Origin: Octopus sinensis
Taxonomy: Eukaryota
Length of the DNA: 64,000 bases
Assembly (NCBI RefSeq): GCF_006345805.1
Contig: NC_043006.1
Span: forward strand, 66,278,001 to 66,342,000
Reading direction: 5' to 3'
This document shows positions 14,150 to 28,236 of the stretch, piece after piece. How positions within the stretch are numbered: position 1 is the stretch's first letter; each line of letters begins with the position of its first letter. Position numbers and translations under genes: made by a program. The notes below the pieces were generated by a model. That model was not told the DNA's origin. It saw nothing but the letters and a program-made list of their open reading frames with translations, and did not search any database.

Positions 14150-14680
14150 ACATCATTATTATATCATCATCACCATCATCACCATCATCATCATCATCAT
14201 TGTCATCATCACCTGCAGCAGCAGCAGAATCATCGTCTTGATCCTCATCATTATATCATCATCGTCATCATCATTACCACCACCATCATCATCATCCTCA
14301 TCATCATCGTCATCATCATCATTATCATCATCCTCATCCACATCATCATCATCATCATCATCACCACCATCACCACCTTCACCACCATCATCGTCACCAT
14401 CATCATCACCTTCATCATCATTATCATCATCACCATCATCATCATCATTATCATCATCATCATCATTATAATCATCATCATCATCAACAACATTATCTTC
14501 ATCATCATCATCATCATCCTCATCATCATCATCATCGTCATCGTCATCAGCAACCGTAGCAGCAATAATCTCTATCATATTCATCATCATTGTCGTCCTC
14601 ACCATCCATCCTCATAACCATCATCCGCATCATAATCCTTAACGTCTCCATCGTCATCATCATCATCATCGTCATCATCT
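14150..14680. repeat. (CAT)n microsatellite tract
   Basis: Imperfect trinucleotide run that produces the poly-D/S/M ORFs. Confidence 0.9.
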
Positions 14681-15416
14681 CGATACCCAAACTGAACTTC
14701 AACCGTATTGATCTCACCAGTTAGGGTTGCTGCAAGATGTATGGGGTTCTCTCTTTCTTCTCTTCCTCTTTCTCCCCCCTCCTTTTCGCCTCCTTCTCCC
14801 CCCCCACCTTCTCTGAACATCATTGAATGACTTCTCAATAAGAAACAAACAAAATAAATAATGTATTCACGGTTTCTAGCTTCGACACAAAACCAGCAAA
14901 TTTAACGAGAGGCGGCCGGTGGGTTGGGGGTAGGGGTGGAGCCTTGCGGGGGAGGGGTTGACTTATTACTTGCTTTACATCGAGTCCCTTTCTTGGTCTG
15001 TGCTTTGTTATATCGATCCCGAAAGAATGAAATGAAAAGCGAAATCAACGTCGGTGGGATTTGATCTCAGAAAGCAGCTAAATTCCGCAATGTAATTTGT
15101 CTGGCCGTAACCAGAGAAAAACTGAAGATGTGCTAACAGCTGGTCTTTGATAAACAAGAAGAATGACAGAGACGACAATGTGAAGCAATAATCGTAATTT
15201 TCATTTTGCGGTGTTTAATGAGATTCAGAATAACACAATGTATATATATATATATATATATATATGACAATTTATATATGGCTGCCGAGACAAGTGGAAA
15301 GAAAGGACGAACTCTCTTTACACTGGAGATATATTTTATTTAGTCTGAACGCTCTCAACAGAGATATGCTGAGAGAGATGAAAGAGAGAGAGAAAGCATT
15401 GTAAAGAGTTGTAAAT

Positions 15417-15452
<36 letters not shown>

Positions 15453-15453
15453 C

Positions 15454-15532
<79 letters not shown>

Positions 15533-15932
15533 GGGATAGATGGATAGATGGATAGATGGATATATAGATGGATAGATAAAAAGAGAGAAAGAAAGAAGAC
15601 AGGAAGAGAGAGAGATGGGAGGTTGATACGGTGGAGGGATACGTAAGAGAATGTGCGTGAGACAGAGAGGGAGAGATAGCACAAGTAAATGAGAAGAGGC
15701 AAACCAAAGAAAGATCATGGAAGGGGTAATTAGAGAGATAACGCGATAAAATAAAATACAGAGAAGAAGTGAATGAGAAGAAGGACGTTAGAGATAAAGG
15801 GAGTGAATGAGAAATTCATATATGCAAATCTCAACAGCTATACACACCCACAGCCCTTCAACCTGTAACTAGTTTGATAAGGACAAATTCACAAAACTCT
15901 CGAACCTTGGGTCACCCTCTTGCTTATATATA

Positions 15933-16333
15933 TAATACAATTAAGGGCCCCTAAATTAGGATGCCGAGTGTTGGGAACACAAACCTCGATGGGAACACAA
16001 ACCTCGTTGGGAACACAAACCTCGAGGCTGCAGACCTCGATTCAATTTAGGCGACTCGCTGATGAAGCCAGCCTTAGCAAACATATTTTGTGTTTTGCTA
16101 GAAACTGATCGGTTCGAGTTGTTAAAGTTATCGGTAAACGTTTTTGATTTTCACTCTCGATAAATTCATCCCCTTTTTGTGTTCCCAACACTCGGCATCC
16201 TAATTTAGGGGCCCTTAATTGTATTACTACATGAATAATATTTTTCTATATGAATAATATTTTGTCTTATGACTAATTCGTCTTTTGTGCTGGGCACCTG
16301 AGTAAATAATATTACTACCTTCTTGTTTATATT

Positions 16334-16337
<4 letters not shown>
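15933..16337 (+). mobile_element. Non-coding HHR retroelement (retrozyme/Penelope-like), family C
   Basis: Perfect 51-bp inverted repeat at 15933-15983 / 16176-16226, three gggaacacaaacctcg units, an internal HHR, and TA runs on both sides. Confidence 0.7.
16050..16123 (+). ncRNA. Type I hammerhead ribozyme motif (C)
   Basis: Stem I ggcgactcg/cgagttgtt; CTGATGA at 16059-16065; 9-nt insert then stem II tagcaaa/tttgcta; GAAA at 16101; quasi-palindromic stem III ctgatcgg; GTT triplet at 16112-16114. Confidence 0.75.
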
Positions 16338-16390
<53 letters not shown>

Positions 16391-16884
16391 CATATATATA
16401 TACATACATACATACATACATACATAATACATACATACATACTGCATGCATACATACATGCATAAATGTATACATGTATATAAATATACCAGAGTAATTA
16501 TATTTGTATGGACGATCATACTGAAGATCTACAGATAAATTGCGTAAGTAAAATTACGTAATTTGTTGATAGTGAAACATTTGTTTATGCTTAATCTATA
16601 TTTTTGTTACTTTTATTTGTCTTGCTCGCTTACGTTTCTGGTGTTTGCTAAATTTTCTAGAGAACAATTCTTAGTGGTAAGACCAAAGCGGATCTTCTTC
16701 TAGCGTAAGGGTTTCCACATAGTGGTAATCCACTTTTATATGTATGTAATACTATTTACTGAACCTCAGTTTTTTAATATGCTAGACCACTGGTGTTAAA
16801 TTGATGTTATCAAATTAATATCCAATTTTTCACCCTCATTTTAATTTTAATATATATGTATATATGTACATTCATACATATGAT

Positions 16885-16925
<41 letters not shown>

Positions 16926-17876
16926 TATGTATGTTATTAAACATATAGAAAGTGGTAATGCAATAACTAGCAGAGATATAGAGAGTGAGTGAATAACGGA
17001 GAGGATGACAGCGGTAAACAAAGAGAGGGAGAGAGAAGCATATAAAGTGGAGCAATGAGGGAGGGAGAGATGAAAGAACTGAGTATGTGAGTCTGTGAAA
17101 ATAATGAGTGATAATGTAGTGAAGACAAAAGAAACATGAACGAAGACGAAATGAAATAAGAAAACTGAGAAAAGCTTGACGTAATATGTGTTAAGTATTA
17201 CTGAAAGGCAGCCGAAAAAAGACCCCGTCATTTTCTACCGGTACTGCACTAGAAATTAATAAAAGTCTTGCGAAATAAAAGTACTGTATACTTGGTGTAT
17301 TATGTAGTATATTTATAAGAAAATAATAAAACTGATATTTGTCAATGGATAAAACCCCATCAGTTTTTACGGGTATTGCTCTAGAAACAAATATAAGTTT
17401 TGTGTAGTTCTCTTTACGTTGTGTAATAAACGGTATGATTATATGAAGACAATAAAATGGATATTCGTCAAAAGATAAATTTATAACCATCATCATGTCG
17501 CCATTTGTAAAAAGAAAAAAATAATAGAGAATGTGCTGCAAACAAGTGAACTGTTAACCAATCATCAATATGATGATTGGCTAACAAATATATATCACAA
17601 GACGCCATTTGTAAACTTTGGATGTGAGATGATAAATGTACATTGTATAGGCCTGGATTTTGAATGGATTGTAATAAATCATAAACCGTTTGAGTTGAAA
17701 TTGTAAAAAAAAAAACCCTCTCACTGTGATTTATAATATGACGACCTTTCGAACTTTATCCGTAAAATATGGCGCATAGAGTTCAAAGCAAACTTCACCA
17801 GTTGAGTGTGAAAGGTAGACAAGTATTATTGCAGGCATAGCTGTGTTTTTAAGAAGTTATACACACACACATACAC

Positions 17877-17910
<34 letters not shown>

Positions 17911-17999
17911 GCACATATATATATATAGATAATACAGATAGATAGATAGATACATACATATATACATACAAACATGTATATATATATATATACACACAC

Positions 18000-18205
18000 A
18001 CTTAAATATAATTAATTCCCAAAAGCAACGGAAAAACACAAGAAAAACAACAACACGAAGATGTGGTACATGCAAAGTATTAATAAAAAGCTCAGGGAAG
18101 GAAAGAAAGGGTCTTTTACGTTTCGAGCAAAGCTCTTCTTCGGAAACAGGAGACAGAAAAAAGTCCAAGAGAAAAGAAAGCCGGAGGGAAAAAATCGCCA
18201 ATAAA
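18000..18205 (-). mobile_element. Penelope-like terminal remnant with a degenerate minimal HHR
   Basis: Minus strand 18112-18148 reads ttt CCGAAGA a gagc-ttt-gctc GAAA cGTA aaa; related to 19480-19765. Confidence 0.55.
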
Positions 18206-18208
18206 ATC

Positions 18209-18237
<29 letters not shown>

Positions 18238-18241
<4 letters not shown>

Positions 18242-19468
18242 AGTTGGGCAAAATAATGGAAACACCTAAAATCATAACATCATAATTATGAAATATCTAT
18301 AAAACCGCCAAAAGTTTGTTTATTTTTATATTTTTGGGTTTATTATTAGTGTTGCTTAATATGTTTAGCTAAAATTGCTGTTTCTTTTTAGGTTATCATC
18401 AGGAAATGGTAATTAAAATTCATTGAAATGACAGATCTATGGGACTTTCAAAGAGGTCAAGCTATTGGTACTCACATGGAAGGCGCTAGCGTAACGAAAA
18501 CAGCTGAAATGTTTAGTGTATCAAGAAGTACTGTGTCGAAAGTAATGACAGCCTTTGAGATAGAGGGAAAAACCTCCTCGTAGAAACAAAACTCGGGAAG
18601 AAAACCAAAAGTTTCAGATAGGGACCGTCGGACTCTTACGCGAATTCTTAGAAAGAATCCCTAAAGTACAGCTTACAAAATTACTGCAGAGCTTCATGAC
18701 TACCTTGAGAACCCAGTTTCCACAAAATTTGTTCGTCGGAAGCTGCACAAAGCCGGATATCACGGGAGGGCTGCAATCAGAAAACCACTACTTTCAAAAA
18801 CAAACGTTGCAAAGCGTTTAGCGTGGAGTAAAAACCTACAGAATTGGTTCCTAGAGCAGTGGAAGAATGTTTTCTCGGACGAGTCATCCTCTACCTTATT
18901 TCCGTTCACCGGCCGAGTATACGTGTGGAGGCAATCAAAAGAAGCATTTGACCCAGACTGCCTTCTTTCAACTGTTAAACATGGAGGAAGATCTGTGACG
19001 ATCTAGGGGGCTATATCTTGGAAATCCGCCGGCCTAATGGTTTTCCTTCATGGCAGAGTTAATAGTCAAGACTATTCAAGCATTTTATCTGATCAAATTC
19101 ATCCCATGGTTGTGGAACTGTTTTCGGAGGGAAACGCAATCTTTCAGGATATTAATGCACCAATTCACACAGCTAAAGTTGTTACTGAATAGCACGAGGA
19201 ACAGTCTAGTGAAGTTGAACAGCTTTTCTGGCCACCACAGTCCTCAGATCTCAATATTATTGAACTTTTTATGGTGCATTTTAGAAAATCAAGTAAGGAG
19301 TCGATATCTTCCACCATCATCACCACAAGAACTAGAGATTGTTTTAACTGAAGAATGGACAAAAATTCCATTGCAAACAAAACAATTCAAACTTTATACG
19401 ATTCCATTCCTATTAAAAGAAATTTGCTTGAAATTTTAAGGTGTTTCCATTATTTTGTCCAACGTCTG
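18238..19468 (+). mobile_element. Tc1-like DNA transposon, full length, decayed transposase
   Basis: TIRs gttgggcaaaataatggaaacacct / aggtgtttccattattttgtccaacgtctg in TA context; FSDES, QDINAPIH and WPPQSSDLNIIE motifs with in-frame stops. Confidence 0.93.
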
Positions 19469-19479
19469 TATATATATAT

Positions 19480-19762
19480 ATAAAACGGGAAGCTTTACAA
19501 AAATAAACAAAAGACGAAGACAGGTGGAGTACAAACAAACAATTGTATTAGTATGGCGCTCAGGAATAGAAATAAAACAAGTCTTTTACGTTTCGAGCCT
19601 ACGCTCTTCAACAGAAAGATACACAGAAAAGAAACACGGAGAGAAACAAGGAGAGAAAAAAATGCGTGCAGGAGCTAACGATTCAGCATGGCGGTCTGAT
19701 TTCAGCCAGAAGTCAGAGATCAGACGTTAGACGCAAGAGGGATAGTAGCGGAGATAACAGGG

Positions 19763-19765
<3 letters not shown>
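19480..19765 (-). mobile_element. Penelope-like terminal remnant with a minimal type I HHR
   Basis: Minus strand 19582-19619 reads tcttt CTGTTGA a gagc-gtag-gctc GAAA cGTA aaaga, with a perfect 5-bp stem I; embedded in (TA)n. Confidence 0.65.
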
Positions 19766-19804
<39 letters not shown>

Positions 19805-19968
19805 ATATATATATATATACAAAAAATGGAATAAGAACGCAACTGACAACACATCCGGATAGGTAGATACAAAGACGGACAGGAAATAAAAAGGACGGAT
19901 CATATATACATACATAAAAGTAAAGAAATATATATACATACATAAATATATATGTATGTACATATGCG

Positions 19969-20000
<32 letters not shown>

Positions 20001-20089
20001 TGTATGTATGTATGTATGTATGTATGTGTGCAGATTTGTATGTTTTATGTATGTATTCTCATGCATATAGTTACATATTTAGACATGCT

Positions 20090-20662
20090 CATATATATTT
20101 AAATGATAAACTCCTGGAAAGTTTTACAGATTTTTACAGTTCCAGTGATGGATTGGATCTGTAGCCTTCGAATTAGCTTTTCCTTTCTGGTTTTGAAAAG
20201 CCTAATTTCTCAAGATTGTTATTTAGACAGTGTGTTACATATCCCAGGGCCCCAATAATTACAGGTATAAACTTGTATTTGTAGTCTGGATAGAGTAACT
20301 GCAGATTTCTCAATAATTCAACATAGGCGTTCTCTTTTTCACTAATCTTCAGATTTATGTTAACATCCGCTGGGCAGCTAATTTCCACAACTGTGCACAG
20401 TTTCCCTTCTATTGTGCTTACATTTTATTGAGGTCTTCACTGGTGCATTCCACCACTACTCCTTGTTAATATGAGTGGGTATTGCTTCTACCATATTGTG
20501 AGTTTTTATTTCTTTGTGCTCGGGATTATCCTCTCGACGGATTTCATTATATAGTGTCCTAGCTACAACATCATGTCTCATCCGTAGATAATACCGTGAT
20601 GACATTTTCGGACAACTGCTTATGATGTGCGTGATATCTTCAGTGTGAACTGCACAAAGTCT
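20090..20662 (-). mobile_element. RLE non-LTR retrotransposon 3' fragment, third family
   Basis: HIISSCPKMSSRYYL..RHD and EISCPADVNI..KE..Y..IPVIIGALG; neighboured by (TATG/CATA)n rather than TAA. Confidence 0.85.
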
Positions 20663-21657
20663 GTCTGTCTGTCTTTCTGTATGTATGTATGTATGTATGT
20701 ATATGCACGAAGCAGTGACAGAAAGTTCAAAAAGATCAGAAATATTTGAACTAAAAGCTTCTCATTGCAGTTAGTCGAAGAACCAAAGAAAGTCTCGCTT
20801 CGGGCAAAAAGGTGTCAAAGCTCAGAGCACCTTCTATTGTTCATAATAAAGTTTGACTCGGCAAGCAAATATTAAATGAAGACTTTTTTCGGAATTCTTG
20901 ATGACACTCCCAAAAGCGTGACTAATGTGATATCGCACAAAATAACTTTTTACATCTGAAAATATCAACTGCTAATTCCTCTGAATTTCTCCAGAGCAGC
21001 ATAAAATGCGTCTTAATTTTATTTACGCTGACCTTGAAATTTAAAGAGAGAGATAACAGAAAAAGTGTTAATGAGTTCGATGAACAACTATGTCTGTGAT
21101 CACTTATTTTTTGTGATGTGTGTAACAAAAATGGATGTGACACTTTCAGGACAGTTATTTTCTATGTCTTCCACACAGTGTAGATATTGAAGACACTTTC
21201 CAAAAATCGATATCTGTTTCGAAAATGGACCCCTTCAACATAAATTTCCAGGTATATAGAGATTTCTTTGGGCATTCTAAAAGCTTTTGAAAACCCGTTT
21301 TGGTTTAACTTTCATAAGAGTGGATCAGTTTGTTGCACTTTATTCTCTCAGCTTTTTACTGACTTCGAACCAAAGGATATATGTCTCAAAAATGGTTGCA
21401 TTCGCGAATAAAAGAATGAGCTGACGGTTCGCAGAATTTAATTCAACTTATTTGTCTCGACTTACTCGTTTACTTGTTTCAGTCATTTGACTGTAGGCAT
21501 GCTGGAGCAGCGCCTTTACTCGAGCAAATCGACCCCAGGACTTATTCTTCCTAAGCCTAGTACTTATTCTATCGGTCTCTTTCCGAACCGCTAAGTTACG
21601 GGGACGTAAACACCAGCATCGGTTATCAAGCGATGTTGGGGAGACAAACACAGACAC

Positions 21658-21717
<60 letters not shown>

Positions 21718-21720
21718 ACG

Positions 21721-21796
<76 letters not shown>

Positions 21797-22694
21797 CATA
21801 TATACGACTGGCTTCTTTCAGTTTCCGTCTACCAAATCCACTCAAAACGTTTTGGTCGAAACTATAGTAGAAGACAATTGCCCAAGGTGCCAGGCAGTAG
21901 TCCAACGTATCGACCCCGGGTGTTTACTTGATCGTTCTCTTTTGCCGAACCGCTATGTTATGGGGACGTAAACACACCAACACAGTTACCAAGCGGTGGT
22001 TGGGGGCAAACACGCACACACACACATACACACACATGTATACGACGAGCTTCTTTCAGTTTCAATCTACCAAATTCACTCGCAAAGCTTTAGTCGGCCC
22101 GTGGCTGCAGGGTGTCACACAGTGGGACTGAACCCTGAACCGAGTGTTTGGGAAGCAAACTTCGTACCACATGGCCACGCCTAGAAAATGGGGAAATATT
22201 GCTATATAGTGGAGGACCAACAACCAGAAACTTACAGATCTTTACAATATGTAGAAAAGAAATAAATTCACATATGCTGTTCATCTCTTTCCCCACTCTT
22301 TGATGTAAATTCATACTTACAAACCCACCACAACTTAATCTAGAAGGGATTGTCTCCCCTTCGATAGTTGACCGCCAGGGGTATATGCACCACGCTATTG
22401 AGACAACTGACAGCCATATTAAAGGGAGCCCTCACTTATGAACACAAGGTAGATTGTGAAAATTATTAGGTGACGTTGAGCCAAAATCGCATCTGTAACC
22501 GTATGAATTAACCACATTTTGGGTAGGTTCCACTCGCACGTTATGTGCAGCCACAAGCCTGGGATTTTTCAAAGTTTGGAGGTCATCTTCATCACCCAAT
22601 CGCTTTATACGCTTCTCTCTGTGTATGTGTATGTGGCATATGTGTAATATGCGTTCATATACACACGTGTATGTGTGTCTGAATGTGTATGCTC

Positions 22695-22788
<94 letters not shown>

Positions 22789-23639
22789 ACATCTATCTGG
22801 ATTATGTATGTATGTTTGAATGTATGTATATATACATATATATATATACGCGCACGCAAATATATATATATATATAATATATGTATGTATGTATATAATG
22901 TGCGCATCATATATATTTATTTATACACACGCACACACATACACAAACATGCACACAAATACACACATATATATTTACATATATACATACATATATATAT
23001 ATATATATATACATACACAAACACACACACATATATGTATATATACATATGTATAAATAATGTGTATATAAATGTATGTATGTATTATGTATGTATGTAT
23101 GTATGTATGTATGTATGTATGTATGTATGTATGCATGTATGTGTGAATGTATGTATACACAGACATACATGCATACATATACCGTACACACAAGCAATTA
23201 ACCTGGCTTTCACATATAATATATATATATATATATGTAAGTTTGTATGTAAGTATAAAATTCGCCCTGCTCACCCGCTTCCCACCACCTCAGCTGTCAA
23301 CAAGTCTGGAGGTTTTGTCTTTATGTTTTGATAACTATCACTAGTGACGTCAATTAAAATGGCAGGCTGAAGTGTTAGCAACAAGATGGCGGCGGCTGTT
23401 ATGTCTGTGTATCTCCCCGATAGGAAGGAATTCGCTCATACATACTTTCTAACTGGACTAATACGATGCATGTGTCTTGCTGAATATAAACTGGGTTTAT
23501 AATACGAGCAGACGGTTGTAAACATCCACATTAAAATATAATTCATTCTAATTTTGGCACAAGGCCAGCAATTTTGAGGGTTGGGGGAAGTCGATTACAT
23601 CGACCATAATATGTAGATTACATATAAAGAAATACACTA

Positions 23640-24340
23640 ATTGGATGCTGTTTTATCTTTTGCGTATTTTTTCTCTTACAATGGCTTATGGAGCACAATA
23701 AGGCTACGCGTTTGCAAGAACTGGAGATTGCTAAGAAATGCCTTATAAACAAAAGGAGACAGTGAAGCCGTTGGAGTTCCAAGATGCAACCGAAAATGTA
23801 GATTATGTCCATATTTTTGTGGGAGGCATCACGCGTATGATTAGCAGCTGCCCCAAAATGTCATCAAGGCACTACCTCTCTATACGACATGACTGTCGCA
23901 AAAACAATAAAATCTATCCAGGAATAAATATAGAGAATCTCACTGTTTTTAAATGCATACACATCACAATACTAGTGGAACATTCCCTTCAAAACAACTG
24001 ACAAGTGTAAGGATAGCAGGTCGGATATTGTTGTTTGGTACAGACATGAGAAGGTATGTACGTTCATAGAGGTCAGCCGTCCTGAATATCTCTTTGAAAA
24101 TGAAAGAAAAAGACGACAACTATGAACAACTGCTTCGAAACCTCCGGCTTTTATATCCAAGTTATAAATTCACATATATATCAATAATAACTGGTGCATT
24201 TCATTTAGTAAGTAAATGCTCAAGTGGGATTTTCAGAAAAAGAAATCTACCAGCTAACTCGTGCATTACAAATGAAATCTGTAAATGGAACCGTAAAAAT
24301 ATGCAAGACATTTCCCAAGTTTAATTGTGATATTTTCATT
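23640..24340 (+). mobile_element. Decayed copy related to the 20090-20662 RLE family
   Basis: ISSCPKMSSRHYLSIRHD, SDIVVW..FIEVS and NYEQLLRNLRLLYPSYKFTYISIITGA. Confidence 0.8.
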
Positions 24341-24445
24341 ATCTACATTGCATCGATGGAGCTTTGTATCTTTGTTAGAAACTAGTTCCTTCCTCAGAAG
24401 AAGAATATAAATAATTAAAAACAGAAGCGAACATACTCGCAAGCA

Positions 24446-24484
<39 letters not shown>

Positions 24485-24869
24485 CCCGGAGCAAAATATG
24501 GCCAACTTGGGTTCTTAGGAAGAAAATGCAATTCCTTAATTCATTCAATCGTGGTGTCTGGAACAATAAAAACATTCAAGATTTTCTTAAGATTTAAAGG
24601 ATAATAAACAAAACAAGATGCTTTCTTTTACAACCTTTGCTATCAAGTGAGTAGCCGGTCAATATGAATTTTAAATTAAAAAAAGGGGAGGGGGTAAGAA
24701 AACATACTTATATACATATACATATACATATGTACATACATGCATATATACACATACTCACACATACTCACATACACACACACACACATACATATATACA
24801 TAACATTCTTCACTGTCCGTATGTAACGGTATGGAAGATTCTGGATTGGCTAAATTATTGTTGATGTCA

Positions 24870-25400
24870 AAGAGAGAGAGAGAGAGAGAGGGGGGAGAAA
24901 CAGAGTGAGAGAGAGAGGATAGAGAGAGAGAAAGAAAGAGAGAGAGGATGGAGAGAGAGAGAAAAAGAGAGAGGATGGAGACAGAGGAGGGATGAAGAGA
25001 GATGGAGAGAGGATGGAGAGAGAGGGTGGAGAGAGAGAACGAGAGAGAGGATTGTGAGTGAGGATGGAGAGAGAGAGAGATAGGATGGAGAGAGAGAGAT
25101 AGGATGGAGAGAGAGAGAAAGAGGTGGAGAGAGAGAGAGAAAGAGAGAGAGTATGGAGAGAGAAGGGATGAAGAGAGAGGATGGAGAGAGAGAGATAGAG
25201 ATAGAGATAGAGAAAGAGGGGAGAGAGAGAGAGAAAGGATGCAGAGATATGATGGAGAGAGAGAAAGAGAGAGATGATGGAGAGAGAGAAAGAGAGGAAG
25301 AGAGAGGGGATAAAGAGAGAGAGAGGGGGGCTAAGAGAGAGAGAGGAAGAGTGAGAGGATGAAAAGAGAGAGGATGAAGAGAGAGACAACCGGAGAGGTA
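24870..25400. repeat. (GA)n-rich polypurine tract with gaggatggag subunits
   Basis: About 530 bp of almost purine-only sequence on the + strand. Confidence 0.9.
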
Positions 25401-25692
25401 GGCAGGCAGAGAAGGTAGGCAGGCAGGTGAGTGGTGAGTCAGCGCGATAAGGAAAGTGAAAGCACAGCGAGAGATCAAACAGATTTTTTTCGACCACGTA
25501 GACCCAAGTTTACATAAAATAAAGGCACAGACACGCACACACACACACGCACACACACAGATACACACACACACGTATATATTGTATATGATAGCATGCG
25601 CGCTCGTATCAGTATGTGAATTCGTGTGTGTGTAGGGAGGAGGCTGTGAAGATGATATATCTACATCAACCTTATACACACATTGTATGCGA

Positions 25693-25729
<37 letters not shown>

Positions 25730-26559
25730 CGTGCGAGCGTTCAAAATGTTATGTTGATACAAGCGTATTAATACAATGTGTTGATGTTCTTCTTTTCCAA
25801 TAACATAGGTAAATCATTATAGGTATAAATACCATTTATATACTGCAACGTGTGTGTGCGTGCGTGTGTGTGTGTGTGGTGTGTGTCTGTGAGTGTGTGT
25901 GTGTGTGTGTGTTGTGTGGAGAGAGTGTATATACCACCATCGCCATCACCATCGGCTACACTTCATGGTAGCCATTTTTTGTTTGTTTTTGTCCTCGTAA
26001 CTTAGCGATTCGGCAATAAATACCTGTAGAATAAGAACCAGATTTAAATATGAAAAACGTAAGTATGGGGCGAATTTGTTCGACTAAAACCCTTGAAGGG
26101 GATGTCCCAGCATGACTGAAACGAATAGAGGATAAATGACGAAAGAGAAAAATATGCCAAAATGACAAGAGTTCTTACTCAAACACTGCGATGTGATGAG
26201 ATTATTTCATATTACACCTGGAACGAAACAAATGGTCAACTTTGGGAAGAAATATGTTCCAGTTGAAGGCTTGAGTTATGTCAGATGGAATTACATTTTG
26301 GGAAATATCAATATTGTTCATGCCAGCCAGCTGGAATTTATCGACAGAAGGAGGCTCTTACGAAAAAGAGGAATAAAATCATTTCACCAGATTCGAACAG
26401 TGAATGGTCGTGTCTGTTACAAAATATTACTCAGTAGGAAGTAACAATGATAAAAGCCCTTTTTTATGATTTTTACAATTACCTTCAAAACTACTAAGCC
26501 TCTTTGCAGTCCTATTAAAACGTGGACTCTCAAAACCTCGATAAATCTAATATGGTGGT

Positions 26560-27100
26560 AATTTAATTTGGTTTAACAAGTAATGATGTTACTTGGAATG
26601 CGCATCTGTTGAAGTTTCTCAGTAAATATACTTATCGTACTTTCCATCATACAAACCGGATTTTTCAGACCCAAATTTATAGACCCACAAAGTAGGTCGA
26701 CTCAGACACGAAGGAGACTTTGGAGGAGGGAAAATTCCATGTGACCAACGAGAGAGAACGTTAGATGGATTTTTGTCTCATTGGGCATTGTCAATAATTT
26801 GTACAAACACCCAGCATAATTAGACGAAAGCAGTCATCGCTGATATATAACGAAGATAGTGATTAAGTAATCACTAGAGATGCAAACAGCCGGCTCGTAA
26901 AAAAAAAATCCGTTTTATGCAACAAACGAATTATTACAATAAAACATCCGTCCACACAAGAAAACACATAGTAACTGAATCCTCAACTTGTTCCATTTGC
27001 CAAAAGGTTTGCAAGACACCAGTAGGCCTCAAGAGACACGTTCGTGTCCATAGGACGTGAGCAATGCTTTATTTTACTGAACTCTTATTATCGCCCACGA
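26560..27100 (+). mobile_element. Old RTE-like LINE 3' end
   Basis: Terminal C2H2 motif CSICQKVCKTPVGLKRHVRVH followed by a stop at 26989-27060; upstream WNAHL and RPKF resemble RTE C-terminal motifs. Confidence 0.45.
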
Positions 27101-27136
27101 CAAGAAATCCATTATATATATATATATAATATATAT

Positions 27137-27173
<37 letters not shown>

Positions 27174-27303
27174 GTAAGAATAATTATTATTCATAAAATA
27201 ATAATGTCACTAGCCGCAAGAGTAAAAGCTGTACACACACACACCACACACACACACAGAGGCAAATAAGAAAACCGGAGAGGATATAAAATCGACAGAC
27301 ATC

Positions 27304-27403
27304 NNNNNNNNNNNNNNNNNNNNNNNNNNNNNNNNNNNNNNNNNNNNNNNNNNNNNNNNNNNNNNNNNNNNNNNNNNNNNNNNNNNNNNNNNNNNNNNNN
27401 NNN
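27304..27403. other. Assembly gap (100 N)
   Basis: Run of N. Confidence 1.
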
Positions 27404-27589
27404 CTTCACTCAACCCTCACACAAACTCCGCACCCTCTTCTGCCCTTCCTCACCTCCTACCACAGTGCTACTGCCATCGCCGCACTTCTTCCTCGTCCGG
27501 CGATTTCGTGTTGGCCTCACTTTTGCTCCCCCTACCGTCCTGATGCTTCGTGAATCCTCCGCACAATGGAAGTTTTTCGCTACCCAGTA

Positions 27590-27785
27590 CAGTAATCCGT
27601 CGCCACATCCCGCGATTCACCAATCACGGTTTATTACTTAAGCTTACATCGATTCCTCCATGGTGTTGTTTTGCATTTATAATAAAATAGATATATGCAA
27701 ATTATAAAAATAACAAAAATATACACTACAGTACTGCTTCTAATTCGCGGATTTTTCACTTATCGTGGTGGGGTTTGGAACTTTA
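27590..27785 (+). mobile_element. Truncated Tigger/pogo-like MITE
   Basis: TA-cagtaatcc start; body matches 29339-29591. Confidence 0.7.
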
Positions 27786-27848
27786 TACATACATACATAC
27801 TACTACATACATACATACATACATACATACATACATACATACATGCTA

Positions 27849-27918
<70 letters not shown>

Positions 27919-28129
27919 ATTAATCAATATAGGGTGGCAAAAAATTTGCCACCAGCGGCCTAGTGGGAAAAAATTAAATAGTCATAGACCATTTTTAAGT
28001 TCAACATCACAATCAAGGAACGGCCATAATAGGCCATTCACCCACTAGAAATAACAGCCAAAAGCTTCAACCGCAAAATAACATCAATTCCGTAAACCAG
28101 GAGAAAATTAAAAAAACATTTACCTTGTA

Positions 28130-28236
28130 ATTTCTTATACGATGCACCGTTTCATCTACTGTTTAATGGTAAACTAACCTGATTAAATTAAATCAAGCCA
28201 ATCTACCATAGGCCCTTAGAATCATCAGTAAGAAAT
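28130..28236 (-). ncRNA. Type I hammerhead ribozyme motif (A, inverted copy)
   Basis: Perfect 8-bp stem I atttctta/taagaaat, CTGATGA, long stem II, GAAA cggtgcatcG TA. Confidence 0.8.

Noticed and set aside
14159-14605. Poly-Asp acidic protein
   Set aside because: It is a (CAT)n microsatellite that is open in multiple frames.
15972-16024. CRISPR-like repeat array
   Set aside because: These are three adjacent 18-bp tandem units without spacers, in a eukaryotic context with no cas genes.
15933-16226. Classical MITE with 51-bp TIRs
   Set aside because: Non-repetitive sequence continues about 110 bp past the right repeat to the TA tract, and an HHR lies inside; an inverted-arm retroelement fits better, though a MITE is not fully excluded.
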